A stretch of 54,398 bases of DNA from Planctomycetota bacterium (GCA_024277065.1 JAJRVY010000102.1:1-54398), one strand, 5' to 3'; shown: positions 38,345 to 48,544, numbered from the stretch's first letter. A program made the numbers and translations. The notes: generated by a model from the letters alone, not told the origin.

Positions 38345-39505
38345 ATGGCAACGCGCTTCACCGTCCTCCTGGCCTTCATCGTCGTCTGTCTCACCGCGGC
38401 TCTCGCGCCGGCGCAGGTCACACCGGAAGAGGGCACGATCGGAACGACCTTCACGGTCGAGACCGGCGTGGACATCGGCGCCGACCCCGCTCGCAAGCCC
38501 AAGGTCATCCTTCGTTTCCTGGGGGCTGCGGCCAAGAAGAAGGCGAAGACCCCGAAGGCGAGGGCCAAGGTCACCCGCTCCTTGGGAGGCAGCGTCAGTT
38601 TCTTCGTGAAGTCCGCCAATGGCGGCGGGCGCTTCAGCATCGAGGTGCGCGGGACGGGAAACGGACGGAGCATCCAGAAGATCGTGGGTGAGCTGACCCT
38701 CGCCGGCCCGCGCATCGATGCGGCCGGAGTTGAGTCCGTGGCAGCCGGCGGCCAACTCACGATCACGGGTCGGCTCTTCGGTGGGATCATCAAGAAGCGC
38801 GCCGCTCCGAAGGTCTTCGTGGGCGGCCGGAAGGCGAAGGTCAAGGCGTTCAGTGACACGCTGATCACCGTCGTCGTCCACAAGAAGACGCGCGTCGGTG
38901 TGGCGGACATCACCGTGCGCACGAAGGTGGGCTCGGACACGCTCGCCGGGTCGATCACGGTGACCGAGCGCAAGCCCCCGAAGAACGGCGCGAAACTCAG
39001 CGGCCCGGACCGGCTGACCATGGCCATCGACGGCGAGTTCGTGCGCGCAAACGAGGGCGTCGGCCGCGGGATCGAGGTGAGTGCGATGCACGTCACGGCG
39101 CGGAGGCAGATGAACATCGGGATCAACGTGCTCACCGGGTCGGTGGGCGTTGGAAACTCGTGGCGCGTCCAGCAGTTCTCGATCACGATCCCGGTCCCCG
39201 ACGATCTGGCGACACTGCCCATCCCGTCCACGTTCCTCGACGACGAGGTCCGGGACATGACCTACCGCGACCTGCGAGCGTCGAGGGTCAAGAACAAGGA
39301 GACCGGAGAGATCACCGAGACCGAACGCAGCACCCTGTGGTCCAACCGGTCGGGACTGTCGCTGCTGGTCAAGATCACGGCGTACGACGGCAAGCGCATC
39401 GCCGGATCGTTCAGCGGCGAGTTGCTCCGGACCGCGGGCACCGGGCCCTCGAACCTGATCGTCAACGGCGGGGACTTCGTGATCGAGGTCGTCTCGGTTC
39501 CGTAG
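38345..39505 (+). CDS. Secreted protein with IPT/TIG (Ig-like) domain
   Basis: ATG 38345 after GGAGG. Signal peptide, GGQLTITGRLFG...KVFVGGRKAKVKAFSDTLITVVV. Lys-rich beta-strand composition. Confidence 0.75.
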   Translation: MATRFTVLLAFIVVCLTAALAPAQVTPEEGTIGTTFTVETGVDIGADPARKPKVILRFLGAAAKKKAKTPKARAKVTRSLGGSVSFFVKSANGGGRFSIEVRGTGNGRSIQKIVGELTLAGPRIDAAGVESVAAGGQLTITGRLFGGIIKKRAAPKVFVGGRKAKVKAFSDTLITVVVHKKTRVGVADITVRTKVGSDTLAGSITVTERKPPKNGAKLSGPDRLTMAIDGEFVRANEGVGRGIEVSAMHVTARRQMNIGINVLTGSVGVGNSWRVQQFSITIPVPDDLATLPIPSTFLDDEVRDMTYRDLRASRVKNKETGEITETERSTLWSNRSGLSLLVKITAYDGKRIAGSFSGELLRTAGTGPSNLIVNGGDFVIEVVSVP

Positions 39506-39604
39506 CGGCGGCGGCAGGGCGCACGGCGCGCGTGAGCGGCGTCTCTCGCCGACGGTGAAGAGCGTATGCGACGCCGGAGGGGCGTCCGGGCAGGAGGACC
39601 AGCC

Positions 39605-40582
39605 ATGGAACGCGGCCCCGTCTCTCGGTTCGTCGAGCACCACTACCGCCACTTCAACGCCGCGGCTCTGATCGACGCGGCGAGAGCGTGGGAGCAGCAC
39701 CTCGAGCAGGGCGGCAAGATGCTCGTGACGCTGGCCGGTGCCATGAGCACGGCCGAACTCGGGTTGTCGCTGGCGGAGATGATCCGGCAGGACAAGGTGC
39801 ATGCGATCTGCTGCACCGGCGCGAACCTCGAGGAGGACATCTTCAACCTCGTGGCGCACGACCACTACGTGCGGCTGCCGGACTACCGCGATCTGACGCC
39901 GCAGCAGGAAGAGGATCTCCTGGCGCGCCACCTCAACCGCGTCACGGACACGTGTATCCCGGAGGAGGAGGCCATGCGGCGCATCGAGGCGGCGGTGCTC
40001 GCCGAGTGGCAGGCCGCCGATGCCGCCGGTGAGCGCCGCTTCCCGCATGAGTTCATGTTCCGCATCCTGCGCTCGGGCAGGCTGCGGGAGTCGTACCAGA
40101 TCGACCCGCAGGACTCGTGGATGGTGGCCGCCTGCGAGAAGGACCTGCCGCTGATCGTGCCGGGCTGGGAGGACTCCACGCTCGGCAACATGTTCGCCGG
40201 TCACGTGATCGCAGGCGACATCGCGAACGTGCACACGGTCCGCACGGGCATCGAGTACATGCAGGGACTCGCGCGCTGGTACGCCGCGGAGAGCGCCGCG
40301 CACTCGATCGGCTTCTTCCAGATCGGCGGCGGCATCGCGGGCGACTTCCCCATCTGCGTGGTGCCGATGCTGCACCAGGATCTCGGCCGCACGGACACGC
40401 CCGAGTGGGGCTACTTCTGCCAGATCTCCGACTCGACGACGAGCTACGGCGGCTACTCCGGAGCCGTGCCCAACGAGAAGATCACGTGGGGCAAGCTGCG
40501 CGCGGAGACGCCCAAGTTCATCATCGAGTCGGACGCCACGATCGTCGCGCCGTTGATCTTCGCCTGGCTGCTCGGCTGGTAG
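39605..40582 (+). CDS. Deoxyhypusine synthase-like protein
   Basis: YRHFNAAAL, TLAGAMSTAELG, CTGANLEED, PGWEDST, QIGGGIAGDF, YGGYSGAVPNEKITWGK (active Lys), IESDATIVAP. Confidence 0.93.
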   Translation: MERGPVSRFVEHHYRHFNAAALIDAARAWEQHLEQGGKMLVTLAGAMSTAELGLSLAEMIRQDKVHAICCTGANLEEDIFNLVAHDHYVRLPDYRDLTPQQEEDLLARHLNRVTDTCIPEEEAMRRIEAAVLAEWQAADAAGERRFPHEFMFRILRSGRLRESYQIDPQDSWMVAACEKDLPLIVPGWEDSTLGNMFAGHVIAGDIANVHTVRTGIEYMQGLARWYAAESAAHSIGFFQIGGGIAGDFPICVVPMLHQDLGRTDTPEWGYFCQISDSTTSYGGYSGAVPNEKITWGKLRAETPKFIIESDATIVAPLIFAWLLGW

Positions 40583-40647
40583 CAACGCCCGCGCGGTCAC
40601 CCCGGGGTAGACTCGGGAGTTCCACCGACCGTACGAAGGAGCCTTCG

Positions 40648-41568
40648 ATGTCCATGCCCCGGCGCACCGTCTTCGTCCTTGCCGCCGCCCTTGCCACGGC
40701 CACCGTCTTCAATGCCGCTCCGCCGGCCGAGGCCGGGCGGCGGGGGGACGCGCTCGCCGGGGCGGCGAAGACGTTCCGCAAGGGCTTCAAGAGCGACGCC
40801 AAGATCGCGGAGGCGACGTTCGCGCGCGTCGCCGCCAACCTGGCCAAGGGCGTGGCGGCGGGCACGACGTCGAGCGAGAGCGCCGTCAAGGACTTCGGCA
40901 CGGCACTCGCGTTCTTCGCCTCGTCGCTCCACGAGGCGGCGGCGGACGCCGCAGAGGGCTTCGCGGGCGAGGCGGTCACGGCGATGTCGGTGGGCGGCGA
41001 CCCCAGCCTGCCCGGGGCGGCGGCGGGCGACGGCGGCTCCCTGGACGTGTTCGCGGAGAGCATCCGCGCGGACCTGGCGAAATTCCGGGCGAAGACGCGC
41101 AAGCGCGCCGCGAAGTTCCAGAAGGCCCTCGCCAAGGCCGGCGGCCAGAGGCGCGGGCTGCGCGTGACCTTCGAGGACTGGACGTTCACGATGCGTCCGG
41201 CGCCCGATGTCGGCGGCGCGGCCAAGCTCATCCCAGAGCCCGTCCGGCTCTGGGGCGCGCTGGCCACGCGCCTGAACGACGGGCGCATCATCGTGACCGC
41301 GTTCGGCAGCGCAGCGCCGGAGATCGACGACCGGTTCGACGTGCGGCTGGCGCGCGGCTTCGACGTGCGCGCCCTCGGCGACTTCCTGCGCTCCGGCGGC
41401 ATGGACGTGGACGCCACGGGATGGTGGTCCTTCACGGACGTCATCAACGACCCGTTCGGCGGCGACACGGTCGTCGCGGGTAACGCCCAGATCCACTTCG
41501 GCGTCGATCACGACGAGAGGGGCGAACCGCAGCGCCTCGTGCACGGCGGGATCATCAGCATTCCGTAG
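40648..41568 (+). CDS. Secreted hypothetical protein
   Basis: ATG 40648 after AAGGAG. Signal peptide ending AEA, helical N-half and beta-rich C-half. Confidence 0.75.
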   Translation: MSMPRRTVFVLAAALATATVFNAAPPAEAGRRGDALAGAAKTFRKGFKSDAKIAEATFARVAANLAKGVAAGTTSSESAVKDFGTALAFFASSLHEAAADAAEGFAGEAVTAMSVGGDPSLPGAAAGDGGSLDVFAESIRADLAKFRAKTRKRAAKFQKALAKAGGQRRGLRVTFEDWTFTMRPAPDVGGAAKLIPEPVRLWGALATRLNDGRIIVTAFGSAAPEIDDRFDVRLARGFDVRALGDFLRSGGMDVDATGWWSFTDVINDPFGGDTVVAGNAQIHFGVDHDERGEPQRLVHGGIISIP

Positions 41569-41614
41569 CCGGCCCGGGGGCGATCCGTGCAGGATGGCCT
41601 GCCGGGAGGGACGT

Positions 41615-42649
41615 ATGGGCATTCGATCGACGTTGCTCGGCGCGCTGTGTTGCGTCGTGGCCGCAGCCTGCGGTGACGACGCCGCGCAGCCGGGAGACCG
41701 CGCGGTGGGGAGCACGCCACCGGGCGCGCCCCCCGCGGCTCTGGAGCGCGTCGTCTACGCCGGCTCCAACTGGTACGGGCACGCACCGGCATGGGTGGGG
41801 ATCGAGAAGGGCATGTTCGCCGCGGCGGGTTTCGACGTCGAGGCGAGCCCGTTCGGATCGAGCCCCAATCGCGTCACCGCGCTCGAGAACGGCAACGCGC
41901 AGTTCGCGAGCCTCGGCGAGGTCGCCATGCTCGAGGCGATGGCCGAGGATCGCACGGACTTCTACTGGATCGGCAACCAGGACATCGCGCCCGGGGCCGA
42001 GGGTCTGGTGGCCATCGGCATCGAGCGTATCGAGGACCTGCGCGGCAAGACGATCGCCGTCAACGTCAACACGTCGGTGCACATCACGGTGTACGAGTTG
42101 CTGAAGGGCGCGGGCCTCGACCTCGCCACCGACGTCGAGGTGCTGCGCGGGAACGACTCGGCCATCGTCGATCTCGTCCGCAGCGGCGAGGCGCAGGCGG
42201 GCATCATCTGGGAGCCGTACTACACCAAGCTGCGCGAGATCCCGGGCGCCGTCGTGCTCGGCACCGACATGGACACGTCGATCTACGAGCGCTTCAAGAC
42301 CATGACCGGCCCGGACATGATCTGCGCGTCGAAGGAGTGGGTGGACGCCGATCCCGCGCGCGCGAAGCGCCTCTTCCGCGCCTACTTCGAGGCCGTGCTC
42401 TGGTGCCGCGAGAACCCCGACGCGCTGATCGCCCTGATCGCGCAGCACGTGAACGAGGACGAAGCCAAGGTCCGTCCGGTGCTCGCGAACTTCAAGTGGC
42501 TCACGCTCGAGGATCAGGCCGTCGTGATGAGCGACGCGATGTTGTTCGGGCAGGCGCAGGTGGCATCCGAGATCCTGGTCCGCATGGGCCTCGCGAAGAA
42601 GGTCCCCGACTTCCGGAAGTGGACCCGGCCGGATCTCCTGGCCGACTGA
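41615..42649 (+). CDS. ABC transporter substrate-binding lipoprotein (SsuA/TauA/NMT1 family)
   Basis: Lipobox AAAC, PAWVGIEKGMF, IERIEDLRGKTIA, AGIIWEPY. Confidence 0.9.
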   Translation: MGIRSTLLGALCCVVAAACGDDAAQPGDRAVGSTPPGAPPAALERVVYAGSNWYGHAPAWVGIEKGMFAAAGFDVEASPFGSSPNRVTALENGNAQFASLGEVAMLEAMAEDRTDFYWIGNQDIAPGAEGLVAIGIERIEDLRGKTIAVNVNTSVHITVYELLKGAGLDLATDVEVLRGNDSAIVDLVRSGEAQAGIIWEPYYTKLREIPGAVVLGTDMDTSIYERFKTMTGPDMICASKEWVDADPARAKRLFRAYFEAVLWCRENPDALIALIAQHVNEDEAKVRPVLANFKWLTLEDQAVVMSDAMLFGQAQVASEILVRMGLAKKVPDFRKWTRPDLLAD

Positions 42650-42661
42650 TACCGTCCAGGG

Positions 42662-43603
42662 ATGCAGGCGTTTCCCCGCACTCTGCCGCCCCGCCGCCGG
42701 CTGCTGCTCGGCGTCGCCGGTGTCCTCGGTGTGATCGTGCTGTGGTGGGCGCTGACGTTCCCGTTCTTCACGGAGACCGTCACGCGGCACGAGCGCGTCG
42801 CCACCGGCGAGATCGTCACCCGCACGCACCCCGTCACCGGCGAGACGTTGCAGATGCCCGTGTTCGACACCGTCGAGCGCACGGAGTCGCGCCACCGCGC
42901 GCTGGTCAACCCCCCGGCGCTCGACACGCCGGGGAATACACTGCGCGATGCGTGGACCCTGCTCACCGTGGAGCGCCCCGGCCGCCCGACGCTGCTGACG
43001 CACATGCTGCGTTCGACGCTGCGCATCCTGCTCGGCTTCCTGGTCAGCGCGTCCGTCGCCGTGCCGCTCGGCATCGCCATGGGGCTGTTCCCGACGCTGC
43101 GCGCGCTCGTGTCCCCGATCATCAGCTTCCTGCGTCCGCTGCCCTCGATCTCGTGGGTGCCACTGGCCATGATCTGGCTCGGCGCGGGTGAGTTGCAGAA
43201 GCTCGCGATCGTCTTCATGGGCATGTTCGCCGCAGCGCTGATCTACACCATCGAGGCCACGATCAAAGTGCCTCCCGACCTCATCAAGGCGGCCCGCAAC
43301 CTGGGCGCGAGCGACCGCCAACTGCTGTGGCGCGTGCTGCTGCCGGCGGCCCTGCCGAACATCGTCAGCGGTCTCAAGGTGGTCGTGGCCATCGGCTGGA
43401 CGTGCGTCATCTCGGCCGAGATCGTCGGCACGCAGGAGGGCCTCGGCGCGCTCATCTGGCTGTCGAAGGAGACGGCCGACACGTCGGCGGTGCTCGTGGG
43501 CATGGCGTGCATCAGTGGCATCGTGCTGCTGCTCGACCTGGCGACGACGCGCATCGAGCGCCATCTGCTGCCGTACCTCTTCCTGCGGGAGCGCGGCTCG
43601 TGA
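42662..43603 (+). CDS. ABC transporter permease (SsuC/TauC family)
   Basis: STLRILLGF, FLRPLPSISWVPL, AARNLGAS, VLLPAALPNIVSGL, VISAEIVG. Confidence 0.92.
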   Translation: MQAFPRTLPPRRRLLLGVAGVLGVIVLWWALTFPFFTETVTRHERVATGEIVTRTHPVTGETLQMPVFDTVERTESRHRALVNPPALDTPGNTLRDAWTLLTVERPGRPTLLTHMLRSTLRILLGFLVSASVAVPLGIAMGLFPTLRALVSPIISFLRPLPSISWVPLAMIWLGAGELQKLAIVFMGMFAAALIYTIEATIKVPPDLIKAARNLGASDRQLLWRVLLPAALPNIVSGLKVVVAIGWTCVISAEIVGTQEGLGALIWLSKETADTSAVLVGMACISGIVLLLDLATTRIERHLLPYLFLRERGS

Positions 43604-44364
43604 CCACGGTGCTCGAGGCCCGCGACGTCACGATGCGCTTCGGCGACGTCGTCGCGCTGGACGGGCTGTCCCTCGCCGTGGCGCAGGGGGAGTTCGTCGT
43701 CGTGGTCGGCGCGTCGGGCTGCGGCAAGTCCACGCTGCTCAACCTCTTCGCGGGCTTCGAGGCCCCGACGCGGGGCGAGGTACTGCTGCACGGCGCGCGC
43801 ATCGCCGACATCGAGCCGCGCTGCGGGATGGTCTTCCAGAACTACGCGCTGTTCGAGTGGCTGACCGTCGCGCAGAACATCGGCTTCGGCCCGCGCATGC
43901 GCGGACGCGCCGATCCGCAGCGCGTCGCCGACCTGCTGCGGCTGATCGGCATCGAGGACTTCGCGGACCACTACCCGGCCCAGCTCTCGGGCGGCATGAA
44001 GCAGCGTGTGGCGCTCGCGCGGACGCTGGCGAACGAGCCCGAGGTGCTGCTCTGCGACGAACCGTTCGCGGCCCTCGACGCCATGACACGCCAGGTCCTG
44101 CAGCAGGAGTTGTCGCGCATCGTGCAGCATGAGAAGCGCACCTGCGTCTTCATCACGCACTCGATCGACGAGGCGCTGCTGCTGGCCGACCGCATCGTCG
44201 TCATGTCCGCGCGGCCGGGCCGCGTCAAGCAGGTGCTGGACAACGATCTGCCGCGCCCACGGACGGCGGACGTGCAGCTCTCCGAGTACTTCCTCGACCG
44301 TAAGCGAGCGATCTGGGAGAGCGTCCAGGAGGAGGTTCTGACGAGTCTCGTTCGGGCACCCTGA
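43600..44364 (+). CDS. ABC transporter ATP-binding protein (SsuB/TauB family)
   Basis: GTG 43600. GASGCGKST, YPAQLSGGMKQRVALAR, DEPFAALDA, ITHSIDEA. Confidence 0.94.
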   Translation: MTTVLEARDVTMRFGDVVALDGLSLAVAQGEFVVVVGASGCGKSTLLNLFAGFEAPTRGEVLLHGARIADIEPRCGMVFQNYALFEWLTVAQNIGFGPRMRGRADPQRVADLLRLIGIEDFADHYPAQLSGGMKQRVALARTLANEPEVLLCDEPFAALDAMTRQVLQQELSRIVQHEKRTCVFITHSIDEALLLADRIVVMSARPGRVKQVLDNDLPRPRTADVQLSEYFLDRKRAIWESVQEEVLTSLVRAP

Positions 44365-44447
44365 GCGCGCGACGCCGCCCGTGCGGTGCCCGACGTGGGG
44401 CCCGCGCAGGGGAGCACGCCGCGCCGCGTCGCTGGTAGCCTGACGCC

Positions 44448-46121
44448 ATGCTGCTCAAGGCACTCATCGCCGCCCGCGACCTCGGCCGGCTGAACTAGAT
44501 CGCGGGCGTCCTCGTGCGACACGGGTTCGGTGATCTCGTGCACCGCACGGGCGTCGTCGCCGTGCTCGAGGCGACGGGGCGCGCCCTGCGCATCGACCGC
44601 ATGAAGAGCCTGCCGCACCTGCCTCCTCCCGAGCGCCTGCGCAGGGTGCTCGAGGAGCTCGGGCCGACATTCGTCAAGCTCGGCCAGGTTATCGCCAGCC
44701 GGCCCGATCTCTTGCCGCCCGACTGGCTGGCGGAGTTCTCGAAACTCCACGAGGACGTGCTGTCGGTGCCGTTCGAGAAGCTGCGCCCGCAGATCGAGGC
44801 CGTCCTCGGGCGCCCGCCCGAGGAGGTGTTCGAGGAGTTCGACACAACGCCGCTCGCAGCCGGTTCGATCGCGCAGGTGCACCGCGCGCGGCTCGCGGGG
44901 CGCGGGGACGTCGTGCTGAAGGTCCGGCGCCCCGGGATCTCCACCGAAGTGGCCGCGGACCTGAGGCTGCTGGAGCGCTTCGCCGAGGTGCTGGAGCAGG
45001 AGGTCACCGAGCTGCGGCGCTTCCACCCGCGACGCATCGCGAAGCAGTTCGCGCGCTCCATGCGGGCCGAGCTCGACCTCTCCCTCGAAGCCCGCAACCT
45101 GCGGCAGATCGCAGAGAACCTGGAGGAGCGGCCGGAGATCGTGATCCCGGAGGTGGTGGATCCCTTCGCGGACCCGCGCATGCTGGTGCTCACGTACGTG
45201 GAGGGAACGTCGGCTGCGGAGTGGCTGCGCGGCACACGGCCGGAGGGCCTGGACACGCGTGCACTCATCGGCGCGGGCGCGGACGCCATCCTCGACATGG
45301 TGTTCGTGCACGGGCTCTACCACGCCGATCCGCATCCGGGGAACGTGCTCTTCCTGCCGGACTCACGCATCGGCCTGCTCGACTTCGGGATGGTCGGGCG
45401 GCTCTCCGAGGAGCGACGCCGGGAGTTCGTCGAGCTGCTCGCGGCGGTCGCGGACCACGACGAGGACGCCATCGTCGATGTACTCCTCTCGTGGTCCGAC
45501 GGCGGCAGCACGGACGTGGAGTTCCTGACGCAGGATGCGCGCGCGTTCCTCGACCGCTACCACGGCGTGCCGCTGCGGTCGCTGGACGTCACGCGCATGC
45601 TGGGCGACGTCGCGGAGATCGTGCGCGAGAACGAACTCGCGCTCCCGAGCGACGTGGCGATGCTCGTCAAGGTGTTCATCACTCTGGAGGGACTGGGGCG
45701 CTCGCTCGACCCGGACTTCGACATGGCTGCCCACGTGGAACCCGCGGCGCGGCGCATGATCACGCAGCAGCACAACCCGGTGGCGGTCGCCGCGCGCGGT
45801 ATGCGGGACGTCAAGAAACTGCTCCTCGGGCTGCCCAAGGACCTGCGCTCGATCATCGCGCGCGCGCGCCGCGGCGGCCTGCGCATCGAGCTCGACCTCA
45901 AGCGCCTCGAGGAGTTCGGGCAACACCTCTACCGCAGCGCGAACCGCGTGACCGGGGGCGTCGTGACGGCGGCGCTGATCGTGGGCAGCGCCATCACGAT
46001 GACGGTGGATCAGGGGCCCAAGCTGCTGGGCTTCCCGGTGTTCGCCCTGTTCGGCTTCGTGTCGTCCTTCGCGCTCGGGATGATCCTCGTCTGGTCGATC
46101 ATCCGCAGCGGCAAGTCGTAG
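44448..46121 (+). CDS. UbiB/AarF/ABC1 family kinase; in-frame TAG at codon 17 (44496-44498)
   Basis: MLLKALIAARDLGRLN*IAGVLVRHGFGD, then LEELGPTFVKLGQ, AAGSIAQVHRA, VLKVRRP, HADPHPGN, LDFGMVG and two C-terminal TM helices. Confidence 0.9.
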
Positions 46122-46158
46122 CGCGGACGGCCCGCGAGCTGCGCCGCGCGCCGGCGCG

Positions 46159-47691
46159 CTACTCGACGTGGATGACGGCCCAGGCGAACGGGCGCATGAG
46201 GGAGTACATGTCGAGCGCGCCCAGCAGCGGCTCGTCGTCGCCGCCCCTGAAGCCGTTGCCCGCGAGCGCCATGCGGAAGCGGCGCGGGAGGCCCTCCGGG
46301 AAGAGCGTCGCCACCGGGATCTCGATCACCATCGAGACGGTCCCGTTCTCGCCGGCGGCCTCGACCGAGATCGCCTCGGCGTCCACGAGCGACTGACCGC
46401 CGCCCAGGTCGATCGCCACGGCGCCGACCTTCTGCAGCGGCGCGAGCACGATCGCGATCTGAGCCTCGCCCGGCGTCACGCGCAGGCGCGGCTCGCTCCC
46501 GAACGTGAGCAGCAGCGACGTCCCGAGACGGTCCGTGCTCGGCACCAGCTCTCCGTCGATCTCGAGCGTCGCCGCGATCACGAGGCGGCCGCGGGCCAGG
46601 CCCATGCGCACGTACTCGCCGTCACGCCGGTTGCGGACGGGAAGGTCCGCCAGGAGGTCGAGCGCTGGCCGGCCGTCGGCGCCGCTCGGCACGCGCTCGA
46701 GTTGCACGCGGTCGGCGACGGCCAGCCACGGATCGAGCGAGCACGCGAGCGGGCGGTCCACGAAGTATGCGTCGCGCTGCTCGTTCGTGAAGATGATGCC
46801 CGTCTCCGTCCACGCGAGCGCCTCGCACTGCCGCGCGTGCAGCGTGAACGCCTGGCGCGGATCGCCGCTGACGTCATCCGCGGGCCAGATCAGGAGCTGG
46901 GAGTAGGTGAGCAGGGCGACCACGCCGTCGGCGTTCGAGTCGGCGGCGGTGACCTGCTCGCCCTCCGGGATGTTGACGGAACCGATGCGCGTGGGCGTGT
47001 TCGTGGCGCCGTCCCGCAGGTCGTCGAAGCGGTAGACGTACGTCGCGTCCTCGCCGCGGTTCTTGATCACGATGTGAACACGTCCAGCCCAGACGAAGAC
47101 CCCCTCGGCGTCGTGCTTGCCGTCGGGGTACGTGACCGGATACGTCGCAACGCGCTCGAGGCCCGAATCCGTCGGCCTCGCGCGGTAGATGGTCACGTCA
47201 TCGCGCACGCGATCGTTGTCGCCGATGTCGCAGATCAAGAGATCGCCGTCGAGGACGGCGAGTTCCTCCCAGTCCACCGCCGTGGCGCCCGGGACCTCGA
47301 TGCGCTCGGCCGTGTCGAACCACGGTGACTTCGAGCGGAAGAGGAAGGGGCCGTCGCCGCTGTCGTTGTGCGTCCACCAGTAGCCGCCGGCATACGCCAG
47401 CCCGCTGCCCTCTTCGATGCGGTCGTCGCCGATGCGCGCTGCCGGCACGAGCAACGCAGCGCCGTCGCCGAGCGGCTCCAGCGAGTCGGCGCGCGCCGCT
47501 GCCGCTGCCGCTGTCGGCGACAGAGACGGAGACGGTGTCGCCGTGGAGGGCACGCCCACGTCGGCGCCGCGCGCCGGCGCGCGCGGCCGCGGCGTGAGAT
47601 CGTGGGACGGACCGCCCGCGCAGCCGGTAGCGGAGGCGACGATGGACGCGGCGACGAGAGCCGCGGCGGCAGGGAGCAGCGGACGGTGCAT
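46159..47691 (-). CDS. Lipoprotein with beta-propeller (SdiA-regulated/phytase-like) domain and C-terminal beta domain
   Basis: ATG 47691 after GAGGAG. Lipobox ATGC, IEEGSGL, WTHNDSGD, DWEELA, DIGDN, YPDGKHDAEG, QCEALAW. Confidence 0.8.
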   Translation of the reverse strand: MHRPLLPAAAALVAASIVASATGCAGGPSHDLTPRPRAPARGADVGVPSTATPSPSLSPTAAAAAARADSLEPLGDGAALLVPAARIGDDRIEEGSGLAYAGGYWWTHNDSGDGPFLFRSKSPWFDTAERIEVPGATAVDWEELAVLDGDLLICDIGDNDRVRDDVTIYRARPTDSGLERVATYPVTYPDGKHDAEGVFVWAGRVHIVIKNRGEDATYVYRFDDLRDGATNTPTRIGSVNIPEGEQVTAADSNADGVVALLTYSQLLIWPADDVSGDPRQAFTLHARQCEALAWTETGIIFTNEQRDAYFVDRPLACSLDPWLAVADRVQLERVPSGADGRPALDLLADLPVRNRRDGEYVRMGLARGRLVIAATLEIDGELVPSTDRLGTSLLLTFGSEPRLRVTPGEAQIAIVLAPLQKVGAVAIDLGGGQSLVDAEAISVEAAGENGTVSMVIEIPVATLFPEGLPRRFRMALAGNGFRGGDDEPLLGALDMYSLMRPFAWAVIHVE

Positions 47692-47759
47692 GGTCTCCTC
47701 CCTCCGGCACCCGCGAACGCCGCGTGCGCCGGACGAAGCCGTCACGGTACGGTCTCTCG

Positions 47760-48425
47760 ATGCCCTCGCCACTCTTCGTCCCGCTGCCCGATCGCTTCGA
47801 TCCCGGCATTCCGCCCACCGACGCGCTGCGCGGCTTCCACGACGTGCTGCGCCGCCGACGCAGCATTCGCGACTTCTCCGACCGCCCGGTACCGCGCGAG
47901 GCCATCAAGTGGCTGGTGCGCTGCGCGACGACGGCGCCGAGCGGCGCCAACAAGCAGCCGTGGCGCTTCGTGTGCGTCGCGGACGCGGGCCTCAAGCACG
48001 CCATCCGACTCGCCGCCGAGGAAGAGGAGCGCGCGTTCTACGCGTCACGGGCGAGCGAGGGGTGGTTGGCCGATCTCGCGCCACTCGGCACGGACGACCA
48101 CAAGCGATTCCTCGACGCCGCCCCGTGGCTGGTCGTCGTGTTCAAGCTGACGCAGGACGACGACGGCGGCCGCGTCTATTACGCCGACGAGTCGGTGGGC
48201 ATCGCCGTCGGGATGTTCCTGGCCGCGGCGCAGATGGCGGGACTCGCCACGCTCACGCACACGCCCAGCCCGATGCGCTTTCTCAGTGATGTTCTCGGGC
48301 GCCCGCGGCACGAGCGCCCGTTCGCGCTGATCCCGGTCGGCTACCCGGCCGCGGACTGCCGCGTGCCGGCGCACGCGCTGGAGCGCAAGCCGCTGGAGCA
48401 GGTCGCCATCTTCGACCCCGCGTGA
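47760..48425 (+). CDS. Nitroreductase family protein, iodotyrosine deiodinase-like
   Basis: RRRSIRDFS, APSGANKQPW, IRLAAEEEERAFY, WLADLAPLGTD, ESVGIAVG, TLTHTPSPM, ERPFALIPVGYP. Confidence 0.9.
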   Translation: MPSPLFVPLPDRFDPGIPPTDALRGFHDVLRRRRSIRDFSDRPVPREAIKWLVRCATTAPSGANKQPWRFVCVADAGLKHAIRLAAEEEERAFYASRASEGWLADLAPLGTDDHKRFLDAAPWLVVVFKLTQDDDGGRVYYADESVGIAVGMFLAAAQMAGLATLTHTPSPMRFLSDVLGRPRHERPFALIPVGYPAADCRVPAHALERKPLEQVAIFDPA

Positions 48426-48495
48426 CGAGCCGCTCCGCCGCCCCTGCGCCCCACACGGCGGAGCGCGCGATGACGCAAGGCCGCCACGGCCGACT

Positions 48496-48525
48496 GGGAC
48501 GCCCGGTCTGGGGACGCCCGGTCTG
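48496..48525. repeat. 15-bp perfect tandem repeat GGGACGCCCGGTCTG x2 between convergent genes
   Basis: Exact copies at 48496-48510 and 48511-48525. Confidence 0.6.
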
Positions 48526-48544
48526 GCGGTCACGGCTGGCACGG

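Noticed and set aside
27307-44498. Genome-wide TAG reassignment or pyrrolysine as the explanation for two internal ambers
   Set aside because: TAG terminates several genes at their expected ends (gdhA, HupE/UreJ, DHS-like, UbiB). No pyl genes or suppressor tRNA seen in the window.
48496-48525. Short tandem repeats (also 38090-38119 and 34708-34767) as CRISPR or REP elements
   Set aside because: Only 2-3 adjacent copies, no spacers, no cas genes and no dispersed copies. Consistent with slippage.
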